Positions 16,535-25,524 of a stretch of DNA of 64,000 nt are shown here, in pieces. This DNA is from Patescibacteria group bacterium. Its GTDB lineage: Bacteria; Patescibacteriota; Patescibacteriia; UM-FILTER-42-10. The translations under genes and the position numbers were made by a program. Location of the stretch: contig JBAYGW010000004.1 in NCBI GenBank assembly GCA_041666485.1, positions 10,341 through 74,340 on the forward strand, in the 5' to 3' direction. The notes under the pieces were generated by a model, which saw only the letters and a program-made list of their open reading frames with translations, had not been told where the DNA came from and searched no databases. Every line of letters starts with the position of its first letter. Position 1 is the first letter of the stretch.

Positions 16535-16563
16535 ACTATATGCTTATTTAATCGTTTTGTCAA
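16535..16563 (-). promoter_or_regulatory. sigma70 promoter for barrel/lipoprotein operon
   Basis: Minus strand TTGACA-17nt-TATAGT. Confidence 0.7.
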
Positions 16564-16585
16564 GAGCGAGTGTTTACTGCTACAA

Positions 16586-16616
16586 TGAAATAATACTAAT
16601 TAATAATGCGTAGTAA
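16586..16616 (+). promoter_or_regulatory. ECF-sigma-type autoregulatory promoter
   Basis: TGAAAT-17nt-CGTAGTAA, repeated at 17956-17986. Confidence 0.75.
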
Positions 16617-16621
16617 TCACA

Positions 16622-17206
16622 ATGGCTGTCATCAGAGACTGTAGTCAAAAATCAGATGAGGAGTTGGTTGCCTTAACACTTTCTGATCAAGGGTGGTATT
16701 TGTGTTTGATGCAAAGGTATGAGGCAAAATTGACCCGGTTTATCCGGCGCATCTCAGGGGTTAATGATCAGGATTTGGAAGACATTTTACAGGATGTATT
16801 CATTAAAGTGTATCGTAACCTGAACAGTTTTGATCTGGATCTGAAATTTTCTTCCTGGATTTACCGTATATGCAGAAACCATGTCATCAGTCATTACCGC
16901 AAAGTACAAAGCCGTCCGGAACTAATCGGCGGTGATGACGGAGAATTGATTTTGAATCAAATAAAAGATGACAGTGATCCGCACGCTTTGATTGACGAAG
17001 TATTGTCTAACGAAAAAATTCAGTCGGTGCTTTCCAAAATGGATAAAAAATATCAGGAAGTAATTATTCTGAAATATTTGGAAGACAAGGATTATCAGGA
17101 AATAGCGGATATTTTAAAAAAACCGGTCGGCACGGTCGGTACGCTTTTAAGCAGAGCAAAAGAACAATTTAAAACAATTACTCAAAAACAAGGAACCGAA
17201 TTTTAA
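16622..17206 (+). CDS. ECF RNA polymerase sigma factor (SigW-like)
   Basis: EDILQDVFIKVYRNL, KFSSWIYRI, region 4 DYQEIADILKKPVGTVGTLLSRA. Confidence 0.93.
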   Translation: MAVIRDCSQKSDEELVALTLSDQGWYLCLMQRYEAKLTRFIRRISGVNDQDLEDILQDVFIKVYRNLNSFDLDLKFSSWIYRICRNHVISHYRKVQSRPELIGGDDGELILNQIKDDSDPHALIDEVLSNEKIQSVLSKMDKKYQEVIILKYLEDKDYQEIADILKKPVGTVGTLLSRAKEQFKTITQKQGTEF

Positions 17207-17207
17207 T

Positions 17208-17963
17208 ATGGAAGACACATCAAAACAAGTATTGGCAAAAATTGAAAAGGAAAAAATCACCCCGAAGCCGAAATGGCAATTCAGGCTAGAGCAGATTGGT
17301 ATTTGGTTTCTGGCTATTATTTCTGTATTAATCGGCAGTAATGCCTTTTCGCTGATTATCTTCGCTATGGTGAATAATGACTGGGAAGTGCTGGAACTGC
17401 TGGATAGAAATCCTGTTAGTCACACACTGGCAACTATCCCGTACCTTTGGCTGGTTGTTTTGGCTCTGTTTGTTCTGCTGGCATATTATAATACCCGCCA
17501 TACCAACAAAGGTTACCGTTACAGTACGTACGGCATTGTAATCGGCAGTATTGCCGCAAGCATGTTGGTCGGCACAGTATTATACTCAGTTGGTTTTGCG
17601 CCGGGCGTGGATCGTCTGATCAGGGGGGTACCGGGTATAAATATGCTGATGCATGATCGCGAGGAGATTTGGAGCCATCCAGAAAATGGATTTATGGCCG
17701 GTGAAATAATTAATGTAAAAAATAACACCAGTGAGTTTGAAATAATAGATTTGAACGATGAGGAATGGATAGTGAATGCCAACAATGCAGTCATTTTCCC
17801 CTCCGTTATAATAGAAAATGGTGAATTAGTAAGAATTATCGGACAGGTGCAGGATGATAAATATATATTTGAGGCTCAGCGTATTCTGCCTTGGCAGGTT
17901 GGTCCATCGTCTGGCGGGGTTTTCGGTGGCGGCATGCATCAGGGCTTTATCCAAGTGAAATAA
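17208..17963 (+). CDS. Putative multi-TM anti-sigma factor with C-terminal OB-fold-like domain
   Basis: Directly downstream of sigma; 3 TM helices; GEII...WIV...GELVRIIG...FEAQRI. Confidence 0.65.
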   Translation: MEDTSKQVLAKIEKEKITPKPKWQFRLEQIGIWFLAIISVLIGSNAFSLIIFAMVNNDWEVLELLDRNPVSHTLATIPYLWLVVLALFVLLAYYNTRHTNKGYRYSTYGIVIGSIAASMLVGTVLYSVGFAPGVDRLIRGVPGINMLMHDREEIWSHPENGFMAGEIINVKNNTSEFEIIDLNDEEWIVNANNAVIFPSVIIENGELVRIIGQVQDDKYIFEAQRILPWQVGPSSGGVFGGGMHQGFIQVK

Positions 17964-17986
17964 ATTATTATACTGATACGTAGTAA
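17956..17986 (+). promoter_or_regulatory. Second ECF promoter (target gene)
   Basis: TGAAAT-17nt-CGTAGTAA, same spacing as 16586. Confidence 0.75.
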
Positions 17987-18034
17987 CAGTTGAAAGGTCG
18001 AACATTACAAATTAAAGAAAGGGACAAGTTAGGC

Positions 18035-18535
18035 ATGAAAAAAATGCTTTTAACAGCCATTGTATCTGCAGTTGCGTTAGCGACTGTAGGCATTGGTTTT
18101 ACAATGGCTCAAGGTGTCGCAATATCGGATACGCAAGTTGCGACATCTGAGGCAGTGAGTGCCGCAGATACTCCATCCGACGTTACAACTGATTGTGGCA
18201 TGGGAAGACATCTTGGTTCTGGTCCAGGCTTTGAGAAAATGCTCGACCAGAAAGCTGAGATTCTGAACCTGACTACGGATGAACTCCAAGCGAAGCTAGA
18301 TGAAGGCAAGACCTTTATTGAAATAGCTGAAGAGCAAGGAGTCACTTATACTGACATTCAAAACTATATGAATGCACAGTTTGAGGAAAATCTGCAGGCA
18401 CGCGTTGACTCAGGTTTTCTGACACAGGAACAGGCAGATCAATTCCGCACACAACACAATGAAAACAGCGGGACGATGCTGGGTCTGGGACTGGGTGATG
18501 GTATGGGGATGCATAGAGGCGGTATGCATTTCTAA
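18035..18535 (+). CDS. Secreted helical Gly/Met/His-rich protein (YckD/DUF2680-like)
   Basis: Signal peptide MKKMLLTAIVSAVALA; AEILNLTTDELQAKLDEGKT, VDSGFLTQEQAD; GMGMHRGGMHF tail. Confidence 0.75.
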   Translation: MKKMLLTAIVSAVALATVGIGFTMAQGVAISDTQVATSEAVSAADTPSDVTTDCGMGRHLGSGPGFEKMLDQKAEILNLTTDELQAKLDEGKTFIEIAEEQGVTYTDIQNYMNAQFEENLQARVDSGFLTQEQADQFRTQHNENSGTMLGLGLGDGMGMHRGGMHF

Positions 18536-18565
18536 AGATTGAAATTAATTGATCGTCAAAACGCA

Positions 18566-18596
18566 AAAAGGCCGGTTGACCTACGCCGGTCTTTTT
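18566..18596 (+). terminator. Intrinsic terminator
   Basis: aaaaggccgg...ccggtctttt. Confidence 0.7.
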
Positions 18597-18693
18597 GTAT
18601 TATGGAGTATTAAATTTTCTGTTTACTGCCACTTTATTTTTTTTGGCTTTTGTGTTAAAATAGCACAAGCAAAATAGACTAATAATAAGTGAT

Positions 18694-19611
18694 ATGCCGC
18701 GAACAACGATCGAGCACAATGGTTTGGAGTGGACAAATATCATTCAGCCCACGGAAGAAGATACAAACCATTTAAAGACCAAATATGGTTTCCATTATTT
18801 TGATTTACGTGACTGTCTTTCCGTAACTGAATCACCAAAACTGGATATTTATGAGAAATATCTGTTTATTGTTTTTCACTTTCCGGACTATAATCGGAAA
18901 GAAAAAAGAATGATTTATCGGAGGTTAAATGTATTCATTGGAGACGGATTCTTAGTAACTTTGTATAAAGGCGAGTTTGATGCGGTGGAAGGGATGATGA
19001 ATTATGTGCAAGAAAATAACGATCCGCGTGACCAGTTTATGGGTAAAGGTTCTGGCTACTTGCTATACAATTTAATCAACCCGATTTTCAAAAAAGCATT
19101 TCCGATGGTAGATAAAATCGGAGAAAATTTGAGGGGAATTGAGGAGGATATTTACAGCGATAAGACAATTGATGTAGTAAAGGAATTGGCAATGGAACGC
19201 CGGAATATCCTTAATTTCCGGAGAATAATTGAACCGCAGAGGTTCTTGATTGACACCATGGTGCACCTTAAAAGGGGATTTTTAGGTACGGATTCTGATA
19301 TATATTTTGATGATATTCATGATCATATAGAGCGGATTTGGATGTTGCTAGAAAATTACCGGGAAATTGTAAGGGGGCTTAGCGACACCAACGATGCGCT
19401 TATTTCCCACAAGATGAATGAAACAATGAAAATGCTGACTTTGATTTCAGTGTGTTTGTTGCCATTGACTCTAATCGCAAGTATTTATGGTATGAATGTC
19501 ACAAGTCTGCCGTACGCAGAGAGCCCCGTGGCGATATGGGGATTTTTTGTAATAATGGTTTCATTAATTGCCGGAACGGTTATTTACTTCAGGAAAAGAG
19601 GCTTAATTTAA
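18694..19611 (+). CDS. corA: CorA family Mg/Co transporter
   Basis: MNETMKMLT...PLTLIASIYGMN signature, 2 C-terminal TMs. Confidence 0.92.
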   Translation: MPRTTIEHNGLEWTNIIQPTEEDTNHLKTKYGFHYFDLRDCLSVTESPKLDIYEKYLFIVFHFPDYNRKEKRMIYRRLNVFIGDGFLVTLYKGEFDAVEGMMNYVQENNDPRDQFMGKGSGYLLYNLINPIFKKAFPMVDKIGENLRGIEEDIYSDKTIDVVKELAMERRNILNFRRIIEPQRFLIDTMVHLKRGFLGTDSDIYFDDIHDHIERIWMLLENYREIVRGLSDTNDALISHKMNETMKMLTLISVCLLPLTLIASIYGMNVTSLPYAESPVAIWGFFVIMVSLIAGTVIYFRKRGLI

Positions 19612-19628
19612 ATTTAAATTTATCTATC

Positions 19629-20096
19629 GTGCTTAAGTCTTTGAAACAGTTTGGTTATCCGTTTGCCGTGTTTTTTTTGGTGGTCGGTTTACTGATGGGC
19701 TATCAGGAATTAATCACAGATCCGGTCACAAAGGAAAATATCACGGTGCTTTCCGCGACTGTGTCAGTAGATGATGAGCCTGTTGTTTTAGTTTCACCGG
19801 CAGAGCTGATAAACACTTATCAGGAAGATATCGCATTAATGGTATCAGAATTGGAATCAATTTTGGATCAGCAAAAGACATATTTGGTTGATTCGGAGCG
19901 TATAAAAGAAATCACAGAAATTGAACAAAAATTAATGAATACAAAAGTTCCTGAAATATATCGGGATTTGCATTTAAAAATATTCGGTATTATGCATTCA
20001 GTCAAACAGTTTGCTACACAAGAATCTGATCAACAGAATATTTCAGATATTCAGTCTAAAATTTTAACTATAAAAAATCAGTATGCTTGGTTTTAG
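19629..20096 (+). CDS. Hypothetical membrane-anchored helical protein
   Basis: Probable GTG start 19629; N-terminal TM. Confidence 0.65.
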   Translation: MLKSLKQFGYPFAVFFLVVGLLMGYQELITDPVTKENITVLSATVSVDDEPVVLVSPAELINTYQEDIALMVSELESILDQQKTYLVDSERIKEITEIEQKLMNTKVPEIYRDLHLKIFGIMHSVKQFATQESDQQNISDIQSKILTIKNQYAWF

Positions 20097-20112
20097 CAAA
20101 AACACTGTCCGA

Positions 20113-21168
20113 ATGAAATATCTTTATATTATTTTCATTTTACTAGTGATTACCCTGGTGGGCGGGGGAGTATTAGTTTTGATTAACGGACAAGATAGAG
20201 CGCAGGTGCTTTCCTCGCAAGCAAACAATGTGAATAATATCCGGCCTTCAAAAAATGCAGTTACTTATATATCGGATCGTGACGGCAACGCGGAAATATA
20301 TCTTCAAAATACCGATGATCAAAAAACTCAGCGGGTGACAGAGACAAAAGTGACTGAGTATAGTCCCATCCTGTCTTCAGATGGAAGAAAACTGGCATTT
20401 TTTTCTGAAGAAGAAGGTTTCTACGGAATCTGGACATATTCTTTGGAAAATTATGAAAAAAAATTATTATCAATTACAAAAGCTGTTCCCAAAAGATTAT
20501 TATTTTCTCCGGACGGACTACTGCTGGCGTATTTTGAGCGGGATAATAGCCAAAATAATTTATATATTATTAATACGGTTAGCGGTCGTAAGGAGCGGGT
20601 CACTACATCGGCATATGATTTTTCCTGGTCGGATGACAGCTCGTCAATTGTTTATACGGAAAATTCTTTACCGAGCATCTTAAAGACTGAAATAATCATT
20701 CGGACAATCGCAGAAGATGGAAAATTGGAAGATCCGAATACCATGTTTGTCGGCGGGGTCGCGCCGGTGTTTGTGTCGGGAAGTGAGAGGCTGTATTTTA
20801 TTGATACGGGTGGTGAATATATCAGCCTGGCATCCACCAGTTTGCGCGGAGAAGGATATGCGGAAGAGTTTCAGATTAAAATTCAGCCCAAAGATGGAAT
20901 GCTGTACCGGCTGGCAAAAAACCCGGTGCGGAACGAATTACTGTTGTCAATATTTTCGGAAGAAAAACTTGTCGGGACTCTTTTCATTTCGCTGGATGAT
21001 AAAGTTGCGCTTCCGATAAATAACAAAGTCTTGGCAATTAACTGGGACAACAACGGAAAAATTATGTTTGTGGAGAAAGACGAGGCTGATAATAATCAGG
21101 TCTGGTTAAAAAATGATTATGACACTCAACCGGTTAAGTTAACAGACAAATATAATAATTGGTTTTAA
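20113..21168 (+). CDS. TolB-like (PD40/WD40) beta-propeller, membrane anchored
   Basis: SDRDGNAEIY, SSDGRKLAF, FSPDGLLLAY, WSDDSSSIVY repeats. Confidence 0.85.
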   Translation: MKYLYIIFILLVITLVGGGVLVLINGQDRAQVLSSQANNVNNIRPSKNAVTYISDRDGNAEIYLQNTDDQKTQRVTETKVTEYSPILSSDGRKLAFFSEEEGFYGIWTYSLENYEKKLLSITKAVPKRLLFSPDGLLLAYFERDNSQNNLYIINTVSGRKERVTTSAYDFSWSDDSSSIVYTENSLPSILKTEIIIRTIAEDGKLEDPNTMFVGGVAPVFVSGSERLYFIDTGGEYISLASTSLRGEGYAEEFQIKIQPKDGMLYRLAKNPVRNELLLSIFSEEKLVGTLFISLDDKVALPINNKVLAINWDNNGKIMFVEKDEADNNQVWLKNDYDTQPVKLTDKYNNWF

Positions 21169-21172
21169 CGGA

Positions 21173-21937
21173 ATGATAATCCTACGAAGAATCAGCTCCA
21201 TTTTCTCTGTATTATCCGTTTTAGTTTTGTTTGAAATTTTGGTTTATAATCCGAACTGGTTTTTATACATCATATTAATTTTGGAAGCGATAGTAGTAAT
21301 TTCAATAATCGGTTTAGCCTGGAAAAAAATAGAATTGAAGGAAATCTGGCAGTTTTTAATACCGCCGGTATTTTTAGTTGCCTCAGCTTATGTCTTTATT
21401 TTTTTTGTTGAAGGAGTACTTTCAACGCAGCTATTTATTTTTTTTGTAGTATTCCTGTATGGTGTCTTTATTGAGAATACTTTTTTATATTTGTATCAGC
21501 CGGTCAAATACCAGCCTTACGCTTTAGAAAATATTTCAGCGTACGTTAACCTGGTGGCAGTATTTTTTATGGGGGCTTCTTTTCACAGCAATATGGTATT
21601 TTTTGGAACATCCGGTGCGATATCGTCAGTCTTCGTATTCATCTTTACGTTTGTTTTAGTAATTCAGATGATTTGGATAAATAAGATTGTGCTGAAGGGT
21701 AATTACGCCGTAGCCGGTATGCTGGCTCTGCTTGTCACGGAAATATTCTGGGCAACAGTATTCCTGCCGTCCAGTTATTTGGTAAACGGGTTGATAATCG
21801 CGCTCAGCTATTATTTCCTGGTCGGTGTATTCCGTTACTGGTTGCTTAAGAGTCTTGATCGTAAGGTGTTTAAACGATATATTATAATTACCGTTTCGGT
21901 TTTTATCGTTGTCGCCTTGTCCGCACGTTGGACTTAG
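21173..21937 (+). CDS. Polytopic membrane protein
   Basis: About 8-9 hydrophobic helices; EIFWATVFLP...SYYFLVG. Confidence 0.75.
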   Translation: MIILRRISSIFSVLSVLVLFEILVYNPNWFLYIILILEAIVVISIIGLAWKKIELKEIWQFLIPPVFLVASAYVFIFFVEGVLSTQLFIFFVVFLYGVFIENTFLYLYQPVKYQPYALENISAYVNLVAVFFMGASFHSNMVFFGTSGAISSVFVFIFTFVLVIQMIWINKIVLKGNYAVAGMLALLVTEIFWATVFLPSSYLVNGLIIALSYYFLVGVFRYWLLKSLDRKVFKRYIIITVSVFIVVALSARWT

Positions 21938-21965
21938 ATTTATAAAAATAATCATTAATAAATAT

Positions 21966-23249
21966 ATGAAAACAAAACCAGTACCAACATCACCAAAAGT
22001 CAGAAATAAAAAGGATATTGTAGAAGATATCTATAATTCAGGCGGCCAGAAGTCATTTGACAAACCGCGGATAAAACAGCGCAACGGAGTATTGATTCTG
22101 GTGCTGGCGATTTTGTCCGGTTTTTTTGCGGGTATTTTCGGAGAAACCATTGTGAATGCCTTGGCGGTAGCATATCCTAACTTGCCGGTAATCAGCTCGT
22201 TATACGTCAGGACATATCCGAACGAAGGTAATGTCCTGATTGTAAAAAATGAAAAAACAATTGAAGCTCAGGAACTGCAGGTGCTCAATACATTGAGCCA
22301 AATACAGCCCGCGGTAGTTACAGTATTTGAAAAGAAAAGTGTAAATCCGGGTGGCGCGGATTTATTGGATGATAATTACCAATTCGGTAATGCGTTGGGC
22401 AACGCGTTAATTTTAACTAATGACGGATTGTTAGTGACGACCAATCAAATAGTAACTGATGCGGAGAAAGAATATGTGGCAGTGACGTCTGACCGGAAAA
22501 TATATTTAGCTGAAAAAGTAATACGGGATTCCGCGACAAATCTGGTGTTTTTCAGAATAAGTGCCACGAACTTATCTATAGTAGAATTCATTAATCCCCA
22601 GGATTTGCATATTGGTCAGCAGGTATTGGCTCTGTCCAATAAAGTAAACGGTAATTATGAAAGTGAGGCATCCACAATCAGAGACCTGCTTTATTATCCG
22701 GATAACGAACTTATTGATATTATTTATTCATCGGAAAAACTTAATGATCAGATAAAAATAACAGATTCTCTGCCGGAGGTTTTTCTGGGCGGTCCGCTAG
22801 TTACCAATGACGGAAAGGTGGTCGGGATTGCAACGGCTGATAGAAATAATGTAATAAATCAAATTTTGCCGGGCGAATATATTCAAAAAATAATCCCAGG
22901 CATTCTGACAGATGGTACACCAGGCAGAGTATATTTTGGCACAAATTATATTGATTTAAGCCGCACAACCCAGTTGGATGTCAGTACTGTTGGTGAAAAC
23001 AAAGTCGGAGCGCTGTTATATGGAAATGATTCATTATCAATCACAGCTGTTGAGAGCGGCAGTCCCGCGGAAAAGGCCGGGTTAATGAAAGACGATATTA
23101 TTACAGCGGTTGACGGTAGGGAAATATCAAATAACGACAGCTTGTCGGAAATTATACAAAATTATAAAGCAGGTGATAAAGTTGATATTCAATACATCCG
23201 CTCGGGCGAGAAATTAACATTACCGGATGTGACGCTGACTGAAGAATAA
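21966..23249 (+). CDS. HtrA/DegP-like trypsin-fold plus PDZ protein, catalytic residues degenerate
   Basis: PAVV, ILTNDGLLVT, GGPLVTNDGKVVGI, PDZ SPAEKAGLMKDDII; TNQI and FLGGP replace the His and Ser motifs. Confidence 0.85.
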   Translation: MKTKPVPTSPKVRNKKDIVEDIYNSGGQKSFDKPRIKQRNGVLILVLAILSGFFAGIFGETIVNALAVAYPNLPVISSLYVRTYPNEGNVLIVKNEKTIEAQELQVLNTLSQIQPAVVTVFEKKSVNPGGADLLDDNYQFGNALGNALILTNDGLLVTTNQIVTDAEKEYVAVTSDRKIYLAEKVIRDSATNLVFFRISATNLSIVEFINPQDLHIGQQVLALSNKVNGNYESEASTIRDLLYYPDNELIDIIYSSEKLNDQIKITDSLPEVFLGGPLVTNDGKVVGIATADRNNVINQILPGEYIQKIIPGILTDGTPGRVYFGTNYIDLSRTTQLDVSTVGENKVGALLYGNDSLSITAVESGSPAEKAGLMKDDIITAVDGREISNNDSLSEIIQNYKAGDKVDIQYIRSGEKLTLPDVTLTEE

Positions 23250-23251
23250 AT

Positions 23252-23716
23252 ATGAAGAAAATATTTCACGCAATAAAAAATCACGAACAGATCAAAAGCC
23301 GCCCGTACATTGCGCAATTTGTTAAATTTGCGATTATCGGTACCGCCAACACCTTTGTTGACTTTGGTATATATTTTGGTTTGACCCGTTCCTCACAATT
23401 CTGGGAAACGCATTACTTGTGGGCAAATTTTATCGCTTTTGTTGTTGCTGCTTCTTCAAGTTATATATTTAACAAAAACTGGACCTTTAAAGACAAAAAT
23501 AGAAAAATACGGATTCAATATTCAAAATTCATACTGGTAAGCGCGATCGGACTTTCACTAAATGAGACGATTCTTTACTTTTTAGTCACGCATGCTGGGC
23601 TGCACGACTTAATATCAAAAGCAATGGCAATTAGCGTGGTGTTGTTCTGGAATTTTACGATTAACAAAATATGGACTTTCAGACCCGAAACAACAAACCA
23701 AGATGCAGAGTTGTAA
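23252..23716 (+). CDS. GtrA family protein
   Basis: KFAIIGTANTFVD...SYIFNKNWTF...WNFTINKIWTF. Confidence 0.92.
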   Translation: MKKIFHAIKNHEQIKSRPYIAQFVKFAIIGTANTFVDFGIYFGLTRSSQFWETHYLWANFIAFVVAASSSYIFNKNWTFKDKNRKIRIQYSKFILVSAIGLSLNETILYFLVTHAGLHDLISKAMAISVVLFWNFTINKIWTFRPETTNQDAEL

Positions 23717-23753
23717 AATATTGAAGTTTAAGTTATAATCACGATGATCAGAA

Positions 23754-24494
23754 ATGAATAAAGCACCCATATTTGAAGCACTTTCCCTTGTAATCCCGGT
23801 ATATAACGAGGAAAAAAGGATTGCGAAATCACTGGCAATTATCATTAAATATCTTGATCAGGTATGTCAGGAATACGAGATTATCATTGTTGATGACGGA
23901 AGTCAGGATCGGACTTTAGATGTGATAAATGAACTGAGTACGGATCGTTTTCGGATAATCAGATTGGAACGGAACAGGGGAAAAGGATACGCGGTAAAAC
24001 AGGGAATGTTAGCAGCCAAAAATGAACATATTCTTTTTTCTGATGCAGATCTTTCAACGCCGATTGAAGAACTGGAAAAATTTGTAGAATACACGAAAGA
24101 TTATGATGTGATTATCGGTTCGCGGGCAATGCAGGGTTCAAATATTGAAATTCATCAGCCGAAGTTCAAGGAGTTTCTAGGCAGGGTGGGAAACAAGTTT
24201 GTTCAGCTGGTATTGCTTCCCGGAATTCAGGATACGCAGTGCGGATTTAAACTTTTCAACAAAAGAACTATCGCAGTATTTGAGAATCAAACTATTGACC
24301 GATGGGGGTTTGATTTTGAAGTTTTGTGGCTAGCCAAGCAAATGGGTTTTAAAATCAAAGAGGTGCCGGTGCATTGGATTAATGATTTTGCAACGAAAGT
24401 TTCCGGATTTTCAAATTACGTCAGTACCTTCATGGAACTCATGAAGATAAGATGGAACGCCATGACTAATAAATATAATATTCAAAAAAAATGA
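23754..24494 (+). CDS. Polyprenyl/dolichyl-phosphate glycosyltransferase (GT2, ALG5-like)
   Basis: IPVYNEE, DDGSQD, NRGKG, DADLSTP, DTQCGFKLF, FDFEVL. Confidence 0.9.
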   Translation: MNKAPIFEALSLVIPVYNEEKRIAKSLAIIIKYLDQVCQEYEIIIVDDGSQDRTLDVINELSTDRFRIIRLERNRGKGYAVKQGMLAAKNEHILFSDADLSTPIEELEKFVEYTKDYDVIIGSRAMQGSNIEIHQPKFKEFLGRVGNKFVQLVLLPGIQDTQCGFKLFNKRTIAVFENQTIDRWGFDFEVLWLAKQMGFKIKEVPVHWINDFATKVSGFSNYVSTFMELMKIRWNAMTNKYNIQKK

Positions 24495-25513
24495 CTGAGA
24501 CACCAATTTTTGACCAAGAAAATGTCCTAGTCTCCGGCGGAGCCGGGTTTATTGGATCTCATTTGTGTGATGAATTGGTGAAAAAATACAAAGTCATTTG
24601 TATTGATAATTTTATTACCGGACAGGAACGCAATATTGACCATTTATTGGATCATCCGAATTTTGAATTTGTCCGGCACGATATTAATGAACCGGTTGAT
24701 CTTGCCAAATACCCGGGTCTGAAAAAATTCAAAGTGGAATTTCAGGGTGTGCAGCAGATATTTAACCTGGCCTGTCCTACTTCACCAAAAGAATATAACA
24801 GAATCCCGATTGAAACGCTTTTGACCAATTCACACGGAACCCGCAATATGCTGGAGTTGGCGGTTAAATATAAAGCTAAATTCCTGCATGTTTCCAGTTC
24901 GTCAGTTTACGGCGAGCCGCTAGAAAATGCCCCTTTTCAGGAAGACTACTGGGGTTTTATCAATCCCGTAGGACCCCGAAGCTGTTATAACGAGGGGAAA
25001 AGATTCGCTGAAAGCATGGTTACAAATTACAAACGGGCATATGAACTAGAAACTAAAATTTTAAGAGTGTTTAATACTTTCGGCCCCCGGATGCGCATGG
25101 ATGACGGCAGAATGATTCCTGATTTTGTGGTATCGGCGATTGAAAACAGGGATATTGAAATATACGGTGATGAGAACGCGAACAGCACTTTTTGTTATAT
25201 CAATGATTTAATTGAAGCAATCACCCGGGCAATGAAAGCAAGCTTTACCGGAATACTGAATATCGGAAACCCGGAGGAACATCGGATTGTTGATATCGCG
25301 AGCGAAATTATTAAAATAACCGGGTCAAGTTCAAAAGTCGTATATAAAGAAGCATTACCGTTTACTTCCAAGCAGGGGGTACCCGATATAACATTAGCAA
25401 AAGCAAAACTAGGCTGGTTTCCGGTTGTACCATTATCTAGTGGACTGAAGGAAACTATTGAATATATGCGTGGGAGCAGTCATATTTTAAATTTTAATCC
25501 TAATAAACTTTAA
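24491..25513 (+). CDS. UDP-glucuronate decarboxylase-like SDR (divergent paralog)
   Basis: [29 protein letters not shown]. Confidence 0.85.
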   Translation: MTETPIFDQENVLVSGGAGFIGSHLCDELVKKYKVICIDNFITGQERNIDHLLDHPNFEFVRHDINEPVDLAKYPGLKKFKVEFQGVQQIFNLACPTSPKEYNRIPIETLLTNSHGTRNMLELAVKYKAKFLHVSSSSVYGEPLENAPFQEDYWGFINPVGPRSCYNEGKRFAESMVTNYKRAYELETKILRVFNTFGPRMRMDDGRMIPDFVVSAIENRDIEIYGDENANSTFCYINDLIEAITRAMKASFTGILNIGNPEEHRIVDIASEIIKITGSSSKVVYKEALPFTSKQGVPDITLAKAKLGWFPVVPLSSGLKETIEYMRGSSHILNFNPNKL

Positions 25514-25524
25514 CAAAACAAATA

